61,838 bases of DNA from Eubacteriales bacterium (GTDB taxonomy: Bacteria; Bacillota; Clostridia; Oscillospirales; CAG-272), in NCBI GenBank assembly GCA_045121315.1, contig JBGVFW010000305.1:1-61838 (forward strand). Reading direction: 5' to 3'. The position numbers and the translations under genes are program-made. The stretch's first letter is position 1. Each line of letters opens with the position of its first letter. The notes under the pieces are model-generated. The model had not been told where the DNA came from. It was given only the letters and a program-made list of their open reading frames with translations, and made no database searches. Of the stretch, positions 1-9,464 are shown one piece after another.

Positions 1-25
1 GTAAGAGAGGGGCTTGCTCCTCCCG
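1..25. repeat. REP-like hairpin element, copy cut by the window edge
   Basis: GTAAGAGAGGGGCTTGCTCCTCCCG. The same GGAGGGGCT(T/C)GCTC(C)TCCC hairpin recurs at 11116 and 17132. Confidence 0.5.
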
Positions 26-130
26 AAAAATTCACACCATGGTGCGCCGATATCTCGGCTACCGCTCGCATAGCACGACAATTTTCGACACACCGCTTCA
101 AACAAGTTCCGTGAATATCGCAAATAACGC

Positions 131-160
131 AAAAAACGGGAGGCTGCCCTCCCGTTTTTA
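131..160 (-). terminator. Intrinsic terminator after the CotH-like gene (bidirectional shape)
   Basis: ACGGGAGG-CTGC-CCTCCCGT stem at 136-155, flanked by an A-run and a T-run. Confidence 0.8.
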
Positions 161-168
161 GTGTTATT

Positions 169-2166
169 TTACCGTTTTCTCTTTGTAATTATGAGTATCG
201 CGCCGCAAATAAGCACAACGGCAATGCCGAAGACGCTCCAAACCACGGGTGCCGCGCCCGAATTCGATGCCGCAGGCTCCGTCACCTGTGTGCTTGAGGT
301 ATCAAAGGTCGAAGCACTCTGCTCCGCCGTAGTTGCTGCGGAGGTCGATGATACCGTCTGAGCCGTCGCAGACATAGCTTCGGTCGTTTGCTTCGGTTCT
401 TCCTCCTTCACCGTGCCGATAGAGGTAAGAAGCGCGTCCGCGCGCGAAGAAAGATAGTAGCGCATAAAGCCGAGCGCCGTTTCCTGTGACGTATCGTCCG
501 CCGTGCCGTATTCTGCAAACCAAACAAATTTTACGGAGGATTTTCTGTATCCGCCCGAAGTAAGGAGCCACGAATCGTTGTCATACATCTTCCAGCGCGT
601 TCTGTCCATCATAACGGAGGAATATATTTCATCAACGGAGCTTTCGATAAATCCGCCCGCGGCAAGGTATTCCTGCGTTTTCGCGTATGCCGTCTGATAT
701 TTTTTTGCAACCGCATTTGCAAAATCCGTATGCTTCATAAGCGAGAAAGCATACTTACGCGAGTAATTTTGGAAAACGCCGTTCTGCGCCCAAAGATACG
801 CCGTGTCCGTGCCGAATTCCTCGTTGAAATTGATATTGCCGAGGATATTGTCAAGGTCCCAAAGAGGGCCCATGTATATCTTCGCCGTCACGCCGCCCTC
901 GTCCGCGTCCTTGAAGAAAAACAGGCTTGAAAGGAACGCGTCCCAATTTTTGAGCAATTCCTGTACCGTATAAACGGAGGCAAAGCTGTCCATATCTATA
1001 TATTCGCTGTAATGCTTGCCCTTTTTGTTATATCCCGTTTCGGAATATATCGCTTCTTCAATTTCGGCAAAAAGCGCGGCGATATATTCCATTTCCTCTT
1101 TGCTCACGTATTCGGGGGATTTTACAACGTACGTGTTGCCGTTTTCCGTGTTAAAGTGCGAGGGCTCGGAAACGCCGCGTCCGTTGTCAAGCTCCACAAG
1201 GTAGCCGCCCGTAATATCCGAGGGGGATTTCACGCCCACAGTGTACGTATAAGACGTAAGCACCGTATTTTTTATGAGAGCTCCGCTTGTGACTGTCGTC
1301 TGCGAAAGCGTGGAAATATCCGTGCCGGAGTTCGCCTCCTCCGTCGCTTTTTCGAGGTCGGTGATGTTCACTCTGCTCTTGTCTATCTGCACTTTTTCGC
1401 AGAGCATATACAGACCTCTGTATTCGCCGTCGATATAGAGGTTTACAAAGCGATATTCAATATTATAAGGAATGTCGAGAGCATCGCCCAGCTCAAACGC
1501 GAGCGCGTTGTGTAGTGCGGATTGGTCTGTGTAACCTGCGAGCAATATCCACGTTTTTGCTTTGTCCATACCCAAAAGCTCCGTCTTTGCGGAAAGCTTT
1601 ATCTGGTACGGCTTTTTGTAATACGTCCAAGTCGCGTTGCCGCGGCCTTTTATTTCGCTTGCGGTCGCGTCCGTGTCCGCGTATTCGACATTGCCGTCTT
1701 TGTCCGCGACGGTTATCTTCGCTTCTTTATCGCGGTTATTTTTGGAGCTTTCTATATAGGAAAGACCTTTTGAGGTCTGAACGAAAACGGAAGCAAGGTT
1801 TTCGTCCGCGTAAAAAGTATATTCGCCGCTCTCGCCGCCGAAGGTGAGCGTGAGCTTATAGCACTCGGCACCGCGCGTGTCCGTACTCTTTGCGCGCGAA
1901 AGTTCTAGCGTCTGCCCCGCTTTAAGCGTGCCACTGTACGCGCCGTCCGCGCTCTTATATGAAAGCGCGCCGCTCCCCCAAGAAAGCGCGACCTTCGTCA
2001 CGTCTGCCGCCGCAGGGAGATAGAAAACGCCCTCGCTCGGAGCAAGCTCAATGTTTTTCTCTCCGACGCTCACTTTTGCAGTGACGGTGTTTGCCGCCGC
2101 CGTGGGAACGCACAGAGATACGCAAAAAAGTGAAACCGACAGTAATACGGAAATAATTTTTTTCAA
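169..2166 (-). CDS. CotH kinase family protein, secreted with a C-terminal membrane anchor
   Basis: Signal peptide MKKIISVLLSVSLFCVSL. CotH-type core (GNATWTYYKKPYQIKL, YRGLYMLCEKV). Ser/Thr-rich stalk, then a TM helix and KRKR tail. TTG start 7 nt after GGAG. Confidence 0.8.
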   Translation of the reverse strand: MKKIISVLLSVSLFCVSLCVPTAAANTVTAKVSVGEKNIELAPSEGVFYLPAAADVTKVALSWGSGALSYKSADGAYSGTLKAGQTLELSRAKSTDTRGAECYKLTLTFGGESGEYTFYADENLASVFVQTSKGLSYIESSKNNRDKEAKITVADKDGNVEYADTDATASEIKGRGNATWTYYKKPYQIKLSAKTELLGMDKAKTWILLAGYTDQSALHNALAFELGDALDIPYNIEYRFVNLYIDGEYRGLYMLCEKVQIDKSRVNITDLEKATEEANSGTDISTLSQTTVTSGALIKNTVLTSYTYTVGVKSPSDITGGYLVELDNGRGVSEPSHFNTENGNTYVVKSPEYVSKEEMEYIAALFAEIEEAIYSETGYNKKGKHYSEYIDMDSFASVYTVQELLKNWDAFLSSLFFFKDADEGGVTAKIYMGPLWDLDNILGNINFNEEFGTDTAYLWAQNGVFQNYSRKYAFSLMKHTDFANAVAKKYQTAYAKTQEYLAAGGFIESSVDEIYSSVMMDRTRWKMYDNDSWLLTSGGYRKSSVKFVWFAEYGTADDTSQETALGFMRYYLSSRADALLTSIGTVKEEEPKQTTEAMSATAQTVSSTSAATTAEQSASTFDTSSTQVTEPAASNSGAAPVVWSVFGIAVVLICGAILIITKRKR

Positions 2167-2183
2167 GGTGATGCTCCTTTCTT

Positions 2184-2219
2184 AAAAACAAAACAAGGTG
2201 TACGTCCCCGCACACCTTG
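2184..2219 (-). terminator. Intrinsic terminator after nadA
   Basis: CAAGGTGT/ACACCTTG stem at 2194-2219, followed on the minus strand by TTTTGTTTTT. Confidence 0.7.
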
Positions 2220-2237
2220 AAAATATCCTTATCTTTA

Positions 2238-3155
2238 TCAGCCGCCAAGACGTATCATTTCGTCGATACAGCCGCGAGCCGCTTTGATAACGTCGGCTTC
2301 AAGCTCTATTTCTTCGCCGCCCATACCGCGAACGGCGTTGTAAACGTCAACGAGCGTCGTAGCCTTCATATCGGGGCAGATGAGCTTCGCGGACATGGGA
2401 TAGAAGCGCTTGTCGGGGAACTCGTACTGGAGCTGTTCGGCAATGCTTATCTCCGTGCCGATGATAAACTCTTTGGCGTCGCTCTTGCGCGCGTAATCGA
2501 GTATACCCGCCGTAGAGCCTACGTAATCCGCCATTTTGCTGATAACGTGCAGACATTCGGGGTGAACAAGGAGCTTGGCTTCGGGGTGAGCTGCTTTCAT
2601 CGCTTCCGCTTCCTCAGCAGGAATGCTTGCGTGAATGGGGCAGCCACCCTGCAAAAGTTTGATATTTTTGTCGGGGCACTGCGCGGCAACGTATGCGCCG
2701 AGGTTGCAATCGGGAATGAAGATTATATTCTTATTATCTATATTTTTAACGATCTGAACGGCAGAGGAGGAAGTAACGCAAACATCGCAAACCGTTTTGA
2801 GCGCCGCCGTGGTGTTTATGTAAGCGACAACGGCGTAACCGGGGTGATCGCGCTTAACGCTCTCTATAAAATCCTTGCTCATCTGTTCCGCCATGGGACA
2901 GCCCGCCGTGCCGTTGGAAAGAAGCACGCGCTTTTCGGGAGAAAGAATTTTCACGGTTTCCGCCATGAATCTTACGCCGCACATGAGAACTGTTTTTTGC
3001 TTTACGTCTTTTGCGAGCACGCTGAGCTTATAGGAGTCACCCGTGAAGTCGGCAACCTCGCGCACGTCCTTGCCGACGTAGCTGTGAGCCAAAATGCAAA
3101 TATCGTTTTCTTTTTTGAGTCTTATGATTTCGTCCTGTATTTCGCGTATATTCAT
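2238..3155 (-). CDS. nadA: Quinolinate synthase
   Basis: NadA-like sequence (ILAHSYV, MCGVRFMAETVKIL, GCPMAEQM). ATG at 3155 lies 9 nt after GAGAGGA. The track start at 3173 is an upstream TTG. Confidence 0.93.
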   Translation of the reverse strand: MNIREIQDEIIRLKKENDICILAHSYVGKDVREVADFTGDSYKLSVLAKDVKQKTVLMCGVRFMAETVKILSPEKRVLLSNGTAGCPMAEQMSKDFIESVKRDHPGYAVVAYINTTAALKTVCDVCVTSSSAVQIVKNIDNKNIIFIPDCNLGAYVAAQCPDKNIKLLQGGCPIHASIPAEEAEAMKAAHPEAKLLVHPECLHVISKMADYVGSTAGILDYARKSDAKEFIIGTEISIAEQLQYEFPDKRFYPMSAKLICPDMKATTLVDVYNAVRGMGGEEIELEADVIKAARGCIDEMIRLGG

Positions 3156-3476
3156 ATTTATTCGTCCTCTCAATAAAAATTCTCTTTATTATCTATATGA
3201 TACACAAAAAATGCACAAAAATCAACAAGAAGTTTCCATGTTTTACGAAAATAACGAGAAAACTTCTCAAACATGCTCTGTTTTTGAAAAATCAAGGTTT
3301 CTATTATATATTTCAAGAAGTGGTAGAAGGAGCCCTTAAATACACTTTGATTTTTTGCGATATCAAAAAGGCACGTTACCATGCCTTTTTTGTGTTCAAA
3401 CAAAGTTTTCCTTAAACAAAGAATGTCCGTTTTCGGGCATTCTTTACAGTTGACGTAGTCAACTTTGTTCTTTTTA

Positions 3477-4349
3477 CTATTCAAAATATACCCATTCCAG
3501 TTTCGTACCGTCGGGGTAATAGACCGTCGGCGCGCTTAAAAACTCGCCGTTTTCGCCGTCACCGCTCATAAGGAAGAAACATTCCTCGAAACGCAAGCCG
3601 TATTTGTTTGTATATTCACTGTAAAAATACAAAAACTTCGCGTTTTTAAACGTCTTGTTTACCTCTATCTCCGCTTCTTTTACAACGCCCGTGCAGTCCT
3701 TTTCCCAAAGCACGTTGCCGTTTTCGTCCGCGATATATACGCGCGCGGAAGAGGGCGCGCTTTCGGGCGAGTCGTTATATATGCTTATACTGTTATTAAC
3801 GTTGATGGAATTTTTCGTCACGGAATAAGAGCCCGTATAATACGCGCCGAAATATGGATGTCCCACGTCGCAATCAAGAAAATCGTCCACCTTCTGCATG
3901 GTTACAATGCCGTCCGTTTCGAATGCGAAGGAATAGCTTTTGTAAATCTCATTAACGGGGAAAGAAGCCGTAACGGAAAACATAGCGCCGTTTTTCTGCA
4001 TGAGAATCTCCCTGCCGCCGACGTAAAGAGTTGCTGTCGTAGACTCAGTATACTGTTTGGGCGACACCGTGAAAGTGATATCGCGGCAATAGCTTTCGTC
4101 CATATTGCCCTGCACCGCAGAATATGAGGAAATTATGCTTGATTCCTCCTCTATGGCGTCTTGAATATCGTCTTTTATCGACGACACTTTATAGGAAACG
4201 TCGTTTACCTGCGATCTGAGCGAGGATATTTGGGAATAAAGACCGTCTATCCGCTCCGAAAGCTTGCTGTAAACAGAAAAGCCGAAAATGAGCACTGCGC
4301 AAAGCGTAACGACCAAAAGACCTATTATGATTTTATGAGCTTTTTCCAT
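3477..4349 (-). CDS. Hypothetical N-terminally anchored membrane protein
   Basis: MEKAHKIIIGLLVVTLCAVLIFGF TM helix, a coiled-coil-like segment, then a beta-rich domain. GGAGTGG RBS precedes the ATG at 4349. Confidence 0.6.
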   Translation of the reverse strand: MEKAHKIIIGLLVVTLCAVLIFGFSVYSKLSERIDGLYSQISSLRSQVNDVSYKVSSIKDDIQDAIEEESSIISSYSAVQGNMDESYCRDITFTVSPKQYTESTTATLYVGGREILMQKNGAMFSVTASFPVNEIYKSYSFAFETDGIVTMQKVDDFLDCDVGHPYFGAYYTGSYSVTKNSINVNNSISIYNDSPESAPSSARVYIADENGNVLWEKDCTGVVKEAEIEVNKTFKNAKFLYFYSEYTNKYGLRFEECFFLMSGDGENGEFLSAPTVYYPDGTKLEWVYFE

Positions 4350-4377
4350 GATTACCACTCCGTAAGTGTTTTTCATT

Positions 4378-4406
4378 ATTTTATCATGTGCCATAAATAT
4401 TGTCAA
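4378..4406 (-). promoter_or_regulatory. Sigma-70-type promoter for the 3477-4349 gene
   Basis: Minus strand: TTGACA, 17 nt, TAAAAT. Confidence 0.6.
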
Positions 4407-4444
4407 CCAGTCTTTTTTTGCATGAAGATTTCATATAATTTATA

Positions 4445-4473
4445 TTGAAAACCAAAATTTGTTGTGCTAAAAT
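4445..4473 (+). promoter_or_regulatory. Sigma-70-type promoter for mgsA-sanA
   Basis: TTGAAA, 17 nt, TAAAAT, with a TGn extended -10. Confidence 0.65.
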
Positions 4474-4515
4474 GAAAGAAACATAATATTTTTTTCAAAA
4501 ACGGAGGATTTTTTT

Positions 4516-4989
4516 ATGTTTGAAAACGAATATGTTGAATGTGCGCTTCCCGCTCAAAAGAGCATCGCCCTCATCGCCCACGATAACAAGAAAAAAGACA
4601 TTGTTGATTGGTGCCTTAAAAACAAAAAGATATTGGAACACCACTTTCTTTGCGGCACGGGTACGACGGCAAAGCTCGTTTCCGATAAAACGGGGCTCCC
4701 CGTGCGCGGCTACAACAGCGGACCTCTCGGCGGCGACCAGCAGATCGGCGCGAGAATAGTTGACGGAAAGATAGACCTCGTTATCTTCTTTTCCGACCCG
4801 CTCGAAGCACAGCCCCACGACCCTGATGTTAAAGCGCTCCTCCGCATCGCGCAGGTTTACGATATACCGATCGCAAACAACCGCTCCACGGCGGATTTCA
4901 TCATCACAAGCCCGTATATGGATACGGAATATTCCCGCAAGCTTATCAACTTCCGCCATAACGTTGATATGCGTGTAAAAGAAATGTAA
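4516..4989 (+). CDS. mgsA: Methylglyoxal synthase
   Basis: IALIAHDNKK...GTGTT...GPLGGDQQIG...DPLEAQPHDPDV motifs. GGAGG RBS. Confidence 0.93.
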   Translation: MFENEYVECALPAQKSIALIAHDNKKKDIVDWCLKNKKILEHHFLCGTGTTAKLVSDKTGLPVRGYNSGPLGGDQQIGARIVDGKIDLVIFFSDPLEAQPHDPDVKALLRIAQVYDIPIANNRSTADFIITSPYMDTEYSRKLINFRHNVDMRVKEM

Positions 4990-4990
4990 A

Positions 4991-5596
4991 ATGTCGAAAA
5001 AAAGGAAGTTTATCATCATCGCTCTCACCGTGCTCCTTTCCCTCGGTATTCTGCTCATTGCCGCCGTGGGAATTATAAACGCCGTCGTTATAGGCTCCGT
5101 AAAAGGAGATATCCGCGAATTTTCCGCGGAGGACAGCTATGAGGTCGCCGTCGTTTTCGGCGCAAAAGTACACGAGGGCGGCACACTTTCCCCTATGCTG
5201 CAAGACAGAATGGATACAGCTATCGAGTTTTACGAAAGCGGGGTCGTTAAGGCGCTCCTGCTTTCGGGAGATGACAGCGGCGAATGGGGAGAGGTAACTT
5301 ACATGAAAAAATATGCCGTCGAACACGGCGTTGCGGAAGATGATATCATCACGGACGGCGAGGGGTATTCCACCATAGAAACCGTCACGCGCGCAAAAGA
5401 AGTGTTCGGCGTGGAAAAATGCGTTCTCGTAACGCAGAAATATCACCTTTACCGCGCGCTCTATTCCGCGGAGAAGCTCGGCATGAACGCCGTCGGCGCA
5501 AGCGCTGACGTGCACACCTACGCAGGGCAGATATACCGCGACGCGCGCGAAATTTTGGCAAGAGTAAAGGATTTTCTCCTTTGTATAGGTATGTAA
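4991..5596 (+). CDS. SanA/YdcF (DUF218) family membrane protein
   Basis: N-terminal TM helix and a DUF218-like core (VVFGAKV...LLLSGD...YMKKY...VTQKYHLYRALY). Confidence 0.8.
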   Translation: MSKKRKFIIIALTVLLSLGILLIAAVGIINAVVIGSVKGDIREFSAEDSYEVAVVFGAKVHEGGTLSPMLQDRMDTAIEFYESGVVKALLLSGDDSGEWGEVTYMKKYAVEHGVAEDDIITDGEGYSTIETVTRAKEVFGVEKCVLVTQKYHLYRALYSAEKLGMNAVGASADVHTYAGQIYRDAREILARVKDFLLCIGM

Positions 5597-5604
5597 TATA
5601 TCCG

Positions 5605-5640
5605 CAGGGACCGGCATTTATGTCGGTCCCTGTAATGTTT
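5605..5640 (+). terminator. Probable terminator after the sanA-like gene
   Basis: CAGGGACCG/CGGTCCCTG 9-bp stem. The U-tract (TAATGTTTT) is weak. Confidence 0.5.
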
Positions 5641-5731
5641 TCCACAAAAAAAGAGGCTCCGCACTCAAAATTCATCGTTGTTAATAATTGGTTTACTCTT
5701 TCAAAAAACGTGATTTCTCCGCTTATCCCCG

Positions 5732-5760
5732 TTGACTTGACGGCAATAGAGTGATATAAT
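5732..5760 (+). promoter_or_regulatory. Sigma-70-type promoter for metY
   Basis: TTGACT, 17 nt, TATAAT. Only about 40 nt of leader before the RBS. Confidence 0.7.
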
Positions 5761-5802
5761 AATAAAGATGTTTATATTCCCATAAGGAGGAAATGTACTT
5801 TA

Positions 5803-7092
5803 ATGAAAGATTTCAAAGACACATGTATTGAAACCAAATGTATACAAGCGGGCTACGTTCCCGGTAACGGCGAACCCAGACAGATTCCGATAATTCAGAG
5901 CACGACGTTCAAATATGACACAAGTGAAGATATGGGCAAGCTCTTCGACCTTGAAGCTAGCGGCTATTTCTACACGCGTCTTCAGAACCCCACGAACGAT
6001 TACGTCGCTTCAAAAATAGCGGCGCTGGAAGGCGGCACGGCGGCAATGCTCACCTCCTCCGGTCAGGCGGCAAACTTCTACGCCATTTTCAACCTCGCTT
6101 CCTGCGGCGACCACGTTGTTGCCGTTTCCACGATATACGGCGGCACGTTCAACCTTTTCTCCGTTACGATGAAACGCATGGGCATCGAATTCACTTTCGT
6201 TTCCCCCTACTGCACAGACGAAGAGCTTGAAGCGGCGTTCCGCCCCAACACAAAAGCCGTTTTCGGCGAAACCATTGCAAACCCCGCTCTCGTTGTCCTC
6301 GATATCGAGCGTTTTGCAAACGCGGCGCACGCTCACGGCGTTCCGCTCGTTATAGACAACACGTTTGCAACGCCCATTCTTTGCAGACCGTTTGAGTTCG
6401 GCGCAGACATCGTTACGCACTCCACAACAAAATATATGGACGGTCACGGCGCCGGTGTCGGCGGCTGCATCGTTGACAGCGGCAAGTTCGATTGGACAAA
6501 ATACCCCGATAAATTCCCCGGTCTTTGCACTCCCGACGACAGCTACCACGGCGTAACCTACACGGAACGCTTCGGTCTTGAAGGTGCTTTCATCACAAAA
6601 GCAACGGCTCAGCTCATGCGCGACTTCGGTTCCATCCAGTCCCCGCAGAACGCTTTCATTCTCAACCTCGGTCTTGAAAGTCTCCACGTTCGTATGGAAC
6701 GCCATTGTGAAAATGCAAAGAAGATCGCAGAATACCTTTCCACAAACGAAAACATCACTTGGGTTAAATACAGCGCTCTTGAAGGCGACAAAGACTACGC
6801 TCTTGCGCAGAAGTATCTTCCCAAGGGCTCCTGTGGTGTTATCAGCTTCGGCGTGAAGGGCGGCAGAAAAGCTGCGGAAGCGTTTATGAAGAAGCTCAAA
6901 CTTGCTTCCATCGAAACTCACGTTGCGGACGCGCGCACTTGCTGTCTGCATCCCGCAAGCGCAACTCACCGCCAGATGAACGACGCAGAGCTTGAAGCGG
7001 CAGGCGTATCCGCAGACCTCGTGCGTCTTTCCGTTGGCCTTGAAAACGCGGACGACCTCATCGCAGATCTTAAACAGGCGTTACTTTCTTGA
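5803..7092 (+). CDS. metY: O-acetylhomoserine sulfhydrylase (PLP-dependent, Cys/Met metabolism family)
   Basis: [10 protein letters not shown]...SSGQAA...[11 protein letters not shown] motifs. 429 aa. Confidence 0.9.
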   Translation: MKDFKDTCIETKCIQAGYVPGNGEPRQIPIIQSTTFKYDTSEDMGKLFDLEASGYFYTRLQNPTNDYVASKIAALEGGTAAMLTSSGQAANFYAIFNLASCGDHVVAVSTIYGGTFNLFSVTMKRMGIEFTFVSPYCTDEELEAAFRPNTKAVFGETIANPALVVLDIERFANAAHAHGVPLVIDNTFATPILCRPFEFGADIVTHSTTKYMDGHGAGVGGCIVDSGKFDWTKYPDKFPGLCTPDDSYHGVTYTERFGLEGAFITKATAQLMRDFGSIQSPQNAFILNLGLESLHVRMERHCENAKKIAEYLSTNENITWVKYSALEGDKDYALAQKYLPKGSCGVISFGVKGGRKAAEAFMKKLKLASIETHVADARTCCLHPASATHRQMNDAELEAAGVSADLVRLSVGLENADDLIADLKQALLS

Positions 7093-7180
7093 AAGAAAGT
7101 AACCAAAGAACTTTCTCAAAACAAAAATTTCATTCTGATCGTTGATACGGTAAAAAAATCTAAATTCGAAGGAAAACGTT

Positions 7181-7921
7181 ATGAAAACAAAAGTTATGGC
7201 GCACAGAGGCGCATCGGCATATGCTCCCGAAAACACACTTTTCTCTTTTGAAAAAGCTATAGAAATGAACGCACAAGGAATAGAGCTTGATATCTACGAA
7301 ACATCAGACGGCAGACTCGTTATCCACCACGACAATAACATTCTCCGTATGTCAGGCGTTGACGCGAAAATATCCGAAACGAGCTTTGATATTCTCCGTT
7401 CATACAACTTCAACGGCGAATGGGGTGATAAATTCGGCTTTGTAAAGATTCCTGAATTTGTGGAAATACTCGACCTTTTCAAAAACACGGATATGACCAT
7501 CAACATCGAGATGAAGGAAGGCTCCGTCGCGTACATGAAAGCCATCGACTCCCTTGTGCGCGAATATAAGATGCAGGATCGCATCATATATTCCTCTTTC
7601 GATCACCTAAAGCTCACTCGCATCAAAGAGATCAACCCCGAAAATAAAACAGGTGCGCTCTATGCTTTCAACATGATGTATCCTTGGGTATACGCACGCT
7701 TTGCAGGCTTTACGGCGCTTCATCCCTCATATAATCAGATATATATGCACGAAGAAATCGGCATAGATTATGTTAAAGAAGCTCACGCCCACGGTTTGCA
7801 GGTAAACGCTTGGACAGCAAACAAACCTGGTATCATGAGGCACCTTGCCGAGGTCGGTGTTGACAATATCATCACAGACTACCCTGACATTGCTCTTGCA
7901 AAAATAAACGAAATAGGCTAA
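7181..7921 (+). CDS. Glycerophosphodiester phosphodiesterase
   Basis: AHRGAS..APENT...GIELD...HHD GDPD signature. Confidence 0.88.
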   Translation: MKTKVMAHRGASAYAPENTLFSFEKAIEMNAQGIELDIYETSDGRLVIHHDNNILRMSGVDAKISETSFDILRSYNFNGEWGDKFGFVKIPEFVEILDLFKNTDMTINIEMKEGSVAYMKAIDSLVREYKMQDRIIYSSFDHLKLTRIKEINPENKTGALYAFNMMYPWVYARFAGFTALHPSYNQIYMHEEIGIDYVKEAHAHGLQVNAWTANKPGIMRHLAEVGVDNIITDYPDIALAKINEIG

Positions 7922-7924
7922 AAA

Positions 7925-7986
7925 ACAAGACCGCTTCGGCGGTCTTGTCTTCAGTCTGAAGCAGTTGCTCACGCAACTGCTTTTTT
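7925..7986. terminator. Pair of terminator hairpins between convergent genes
   Basis: ACAAGACCGC-TTCG-GCGGTCTTGT at 7925-7948 has its T-run on the minus strand. GCAGTTGC-TCAC-GCAACTGC plus TTTTTT at 7961-7986 serves the plus strand. The second hairpin is nearly identical to the one at 11149-11168. Confidence 0.75.
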
Positions 7987-7996
7987 GTTTATTCGG

Positions 7997-8215
7997 TTAT
8001 TTCAACGATGAATACAGCCGCATAGGTGAAGAACAATGGAATATAGGTATATCATCTTTATAATCTCTGATAGTTGCAGAAAGCTCTAAAGAGGGGCTTA
8101 TGCTTCCCCAACCATCAAGGTAAACGATTCCTTTCTCTTCCAAGGTCGCTATTGTGTACTCCGCGTATAGCTGAGCAATCTCCTTGAATTTTTTGATGTA
8201 ATAATTATAACACAT
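7997..8215 (-). CDS. Hypothetical 72-aa protein in an AT-rich stretch
   Basis: ORF only. No clear RBS and no recognisable motif. Confidence 0.3.
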   Translation of the reverse strand: MCYNYYIKKFKEIAQLYAEYTIATLEEKGIVYLDGWGSISPSLELSATIRDYKDDIPIFHCSSPMRLYSSLK

Positions 8216-8334
8216 AATGCAGTAATTGTCGAGTTTTGCCTATATCAGAGTTTTTATCCAACAATTTTATTATCACACAAACGCAAAATTTGTCATATCC
8301 TGTCTTTGCGGGGAACTCCGCAAAGAGGTGACGT

Positions 8335-9138
8335 ATGATACAATGGTTTTCTTCGCTTGACCACTCGCTTCAAGCGCTTTTTGCAACGCTTTTTACATGG
8401 GGAGTGACAGCGCTCGGCGCTTCCCTCGTTATCTTCTTCAAGCATATACACAAAAACGTGATGGACGCAATGCTCGGATTGGCGGCGGGCGTGATGATAG
8501 CCGCCGCGTTTTGGTCGCTTCTGCTTCCCGCCGCTCAGATGGCAGAAACACTCGGTTTTTCCTCTTGCACCGTACTAATATTCGGATTTCTTTCAGGTGG
8601 GATACTGCTTTTCATAGGTGACAAAGCGTTTTCTCTCGTGGAAAAGCGAATGCCTCAAAATTCCGCTCTCGGCAAGAAAAAACGCTCTGCGCTCCTCATC
8701 TTTTCCATAACGCTCCACAATATTCCGGAGGGGCTTTGCGTCGGCGTGGCATTCGGCTCGATCGCATACGGTCTTGAGGGCGCGACGCTTGCTTCCTCGT
8801 GTTTGCTAGCACTGGGTATAGGACTTCAAAACTTTCCGGAGGGCACGGCAGTGAGCGTACCGCTTCGGCGCGAGGGGCTTTCGCGGGGACGCGCTTTCTT
8901 TTGGGGGCAGATAAGCGGAGCCGTGGAGCCTGTCGCAGGTGTGGCGGGCGCGATGCTCGTGACATACGTTAGAACACTGCTGCCGTTTTGCCTTTCCTTT
9001 GCGGCGGGAGCCATGATATACGTCGTGGTGGAGGAGCTTATACCGGAGATCGGTTCGAGCGAAAAAAAGGACGTTATGGCTCTCTTTACGCTTCTGGGAT
9101 TTTCCGTAATGATGCTTCTCGACACGATATTTTCGTAA
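8335..9138 (+). CDS. ZIP family metal (zinc) transporter
   Basis: Multi-TM protein with HNIPEGLCVG and GLQNFPEG ZIP motifs. Confidence 0.88.
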   Translation: MIQWFSSLDHSLQALFATLFTWGVTALGASLVIFFKHIHKNVMDAMLGLAAGVMIAAAFWSLLLPAAQMAETLGFSSCTVLIFGFLSGGILLFIGDKAFSLVEKRMPQNSALGKKKRSALLIFSITLHNIPEGLCVGVAFGSIAYGLEGATLASSCLLALGIGLQNFPEGTAVSVPLRREGLSRGRAFFWGQISGAVEPVAGVAGAMLVTYVRTLLPFCLSFAAGAMIYVVVEELIPEIGSSEKKDVMALFTLLGFSVMMLLDTIFS

Positions 9139-9153
9139 ATTCGCAAAAAGCTA

Positions 9154-9182
9154 TTGACTTTTTCCGGTCAAAATTTTATAAT
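9154..9182 (+). promoter_or_regulatory. Sigma-70-type promoter for the ilvA T-box leader
   Basis: TTGACT, 17 nt, TATAAT. Confidence 0.75.
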
Positions 9183-9199
9183 TTAATAGTAATATGTTA

Positions 9200-9450
9200 A
9201 ATGCGATGACGGAAAAAATATCGTGCATACACTTCGCAAAGAGAAGCGGCGGTCGGTGAAAGCCGTAAGAAGCGGCGCGAGAAAAATCGTTCCTGAGCAG
9301 GAGGCCCAAAACAAACCTTGAGTTTGCAAGTAAGTTCTCACGCTGTCCCGCGTTAAAAGGAACGCATATGTCTGTATGCGATATCAAATTTATTGAGTGG
9401 TACAACGGAATTTATATCCGCCTCATCTTTGGGGCGGATTTTTGTTTTTT
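9200..9450 (+). promoter_or_regulatory. T-box riboswitch leader, specifier read as AUC (Ile)
   Basis: K-turn TGCGATGA/TGAGCA. AGAGAA bulge plus GGTCGGTGAAA distal loop. T-box core TTGAGTGGTACAACGG at 9393-9408. Terminator ATCCGCC/GGCGGAT plus T-run at 9416-9450. ATC at 9286-9288 sits at the specifier position and is followed by a purine. Confidence 0.85.
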
Positions 9451-9464
9451 GGAGGTCATATTTT

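Noticed and set aside
3094-3484. 81-aa and 104-aa ORFs in the nadA upstream spacer. Also looked for an NAD-related riboswitch or a NiaR/NrtR box.
   Set aside because: The spacer is AT-rich and holds two terminator hairpins and a candidate promoter (TTGATT, 17 nt, TATCAT). The ORFs lack an RBS and are Lys/Phe-rich. I could not recognise any regulator box with confidence.
5640-5802. Looked for an S-box (SAM) riboswitch or a Met T-box upstream of metY.
   Set aside because: The promoter at 5732-5760 leaves about 40 nt of leader. No S-box or T-box core sequences are present.
8304-8328. CTTTGCGG-GGAACT-CCGCAAAG hairpin abutting the ZIP transporter SD. Also looked for a Zur box.
   Set aside because: No Zur-like palindrome (TCGTAAT-N-ATTACGA type) was recognised. 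The hairpin only partly overlaps the SD, so the evidence is too weak for a regulatory call.
9393-9464. Track start of ilvA at 9393 (24 extra codons).
   Set aside because: The extension is encoded by the T-box core and terminator. GGAGG followed by the ATG at 9465 gives the conserved N-terminus MLTIDKVYDA.
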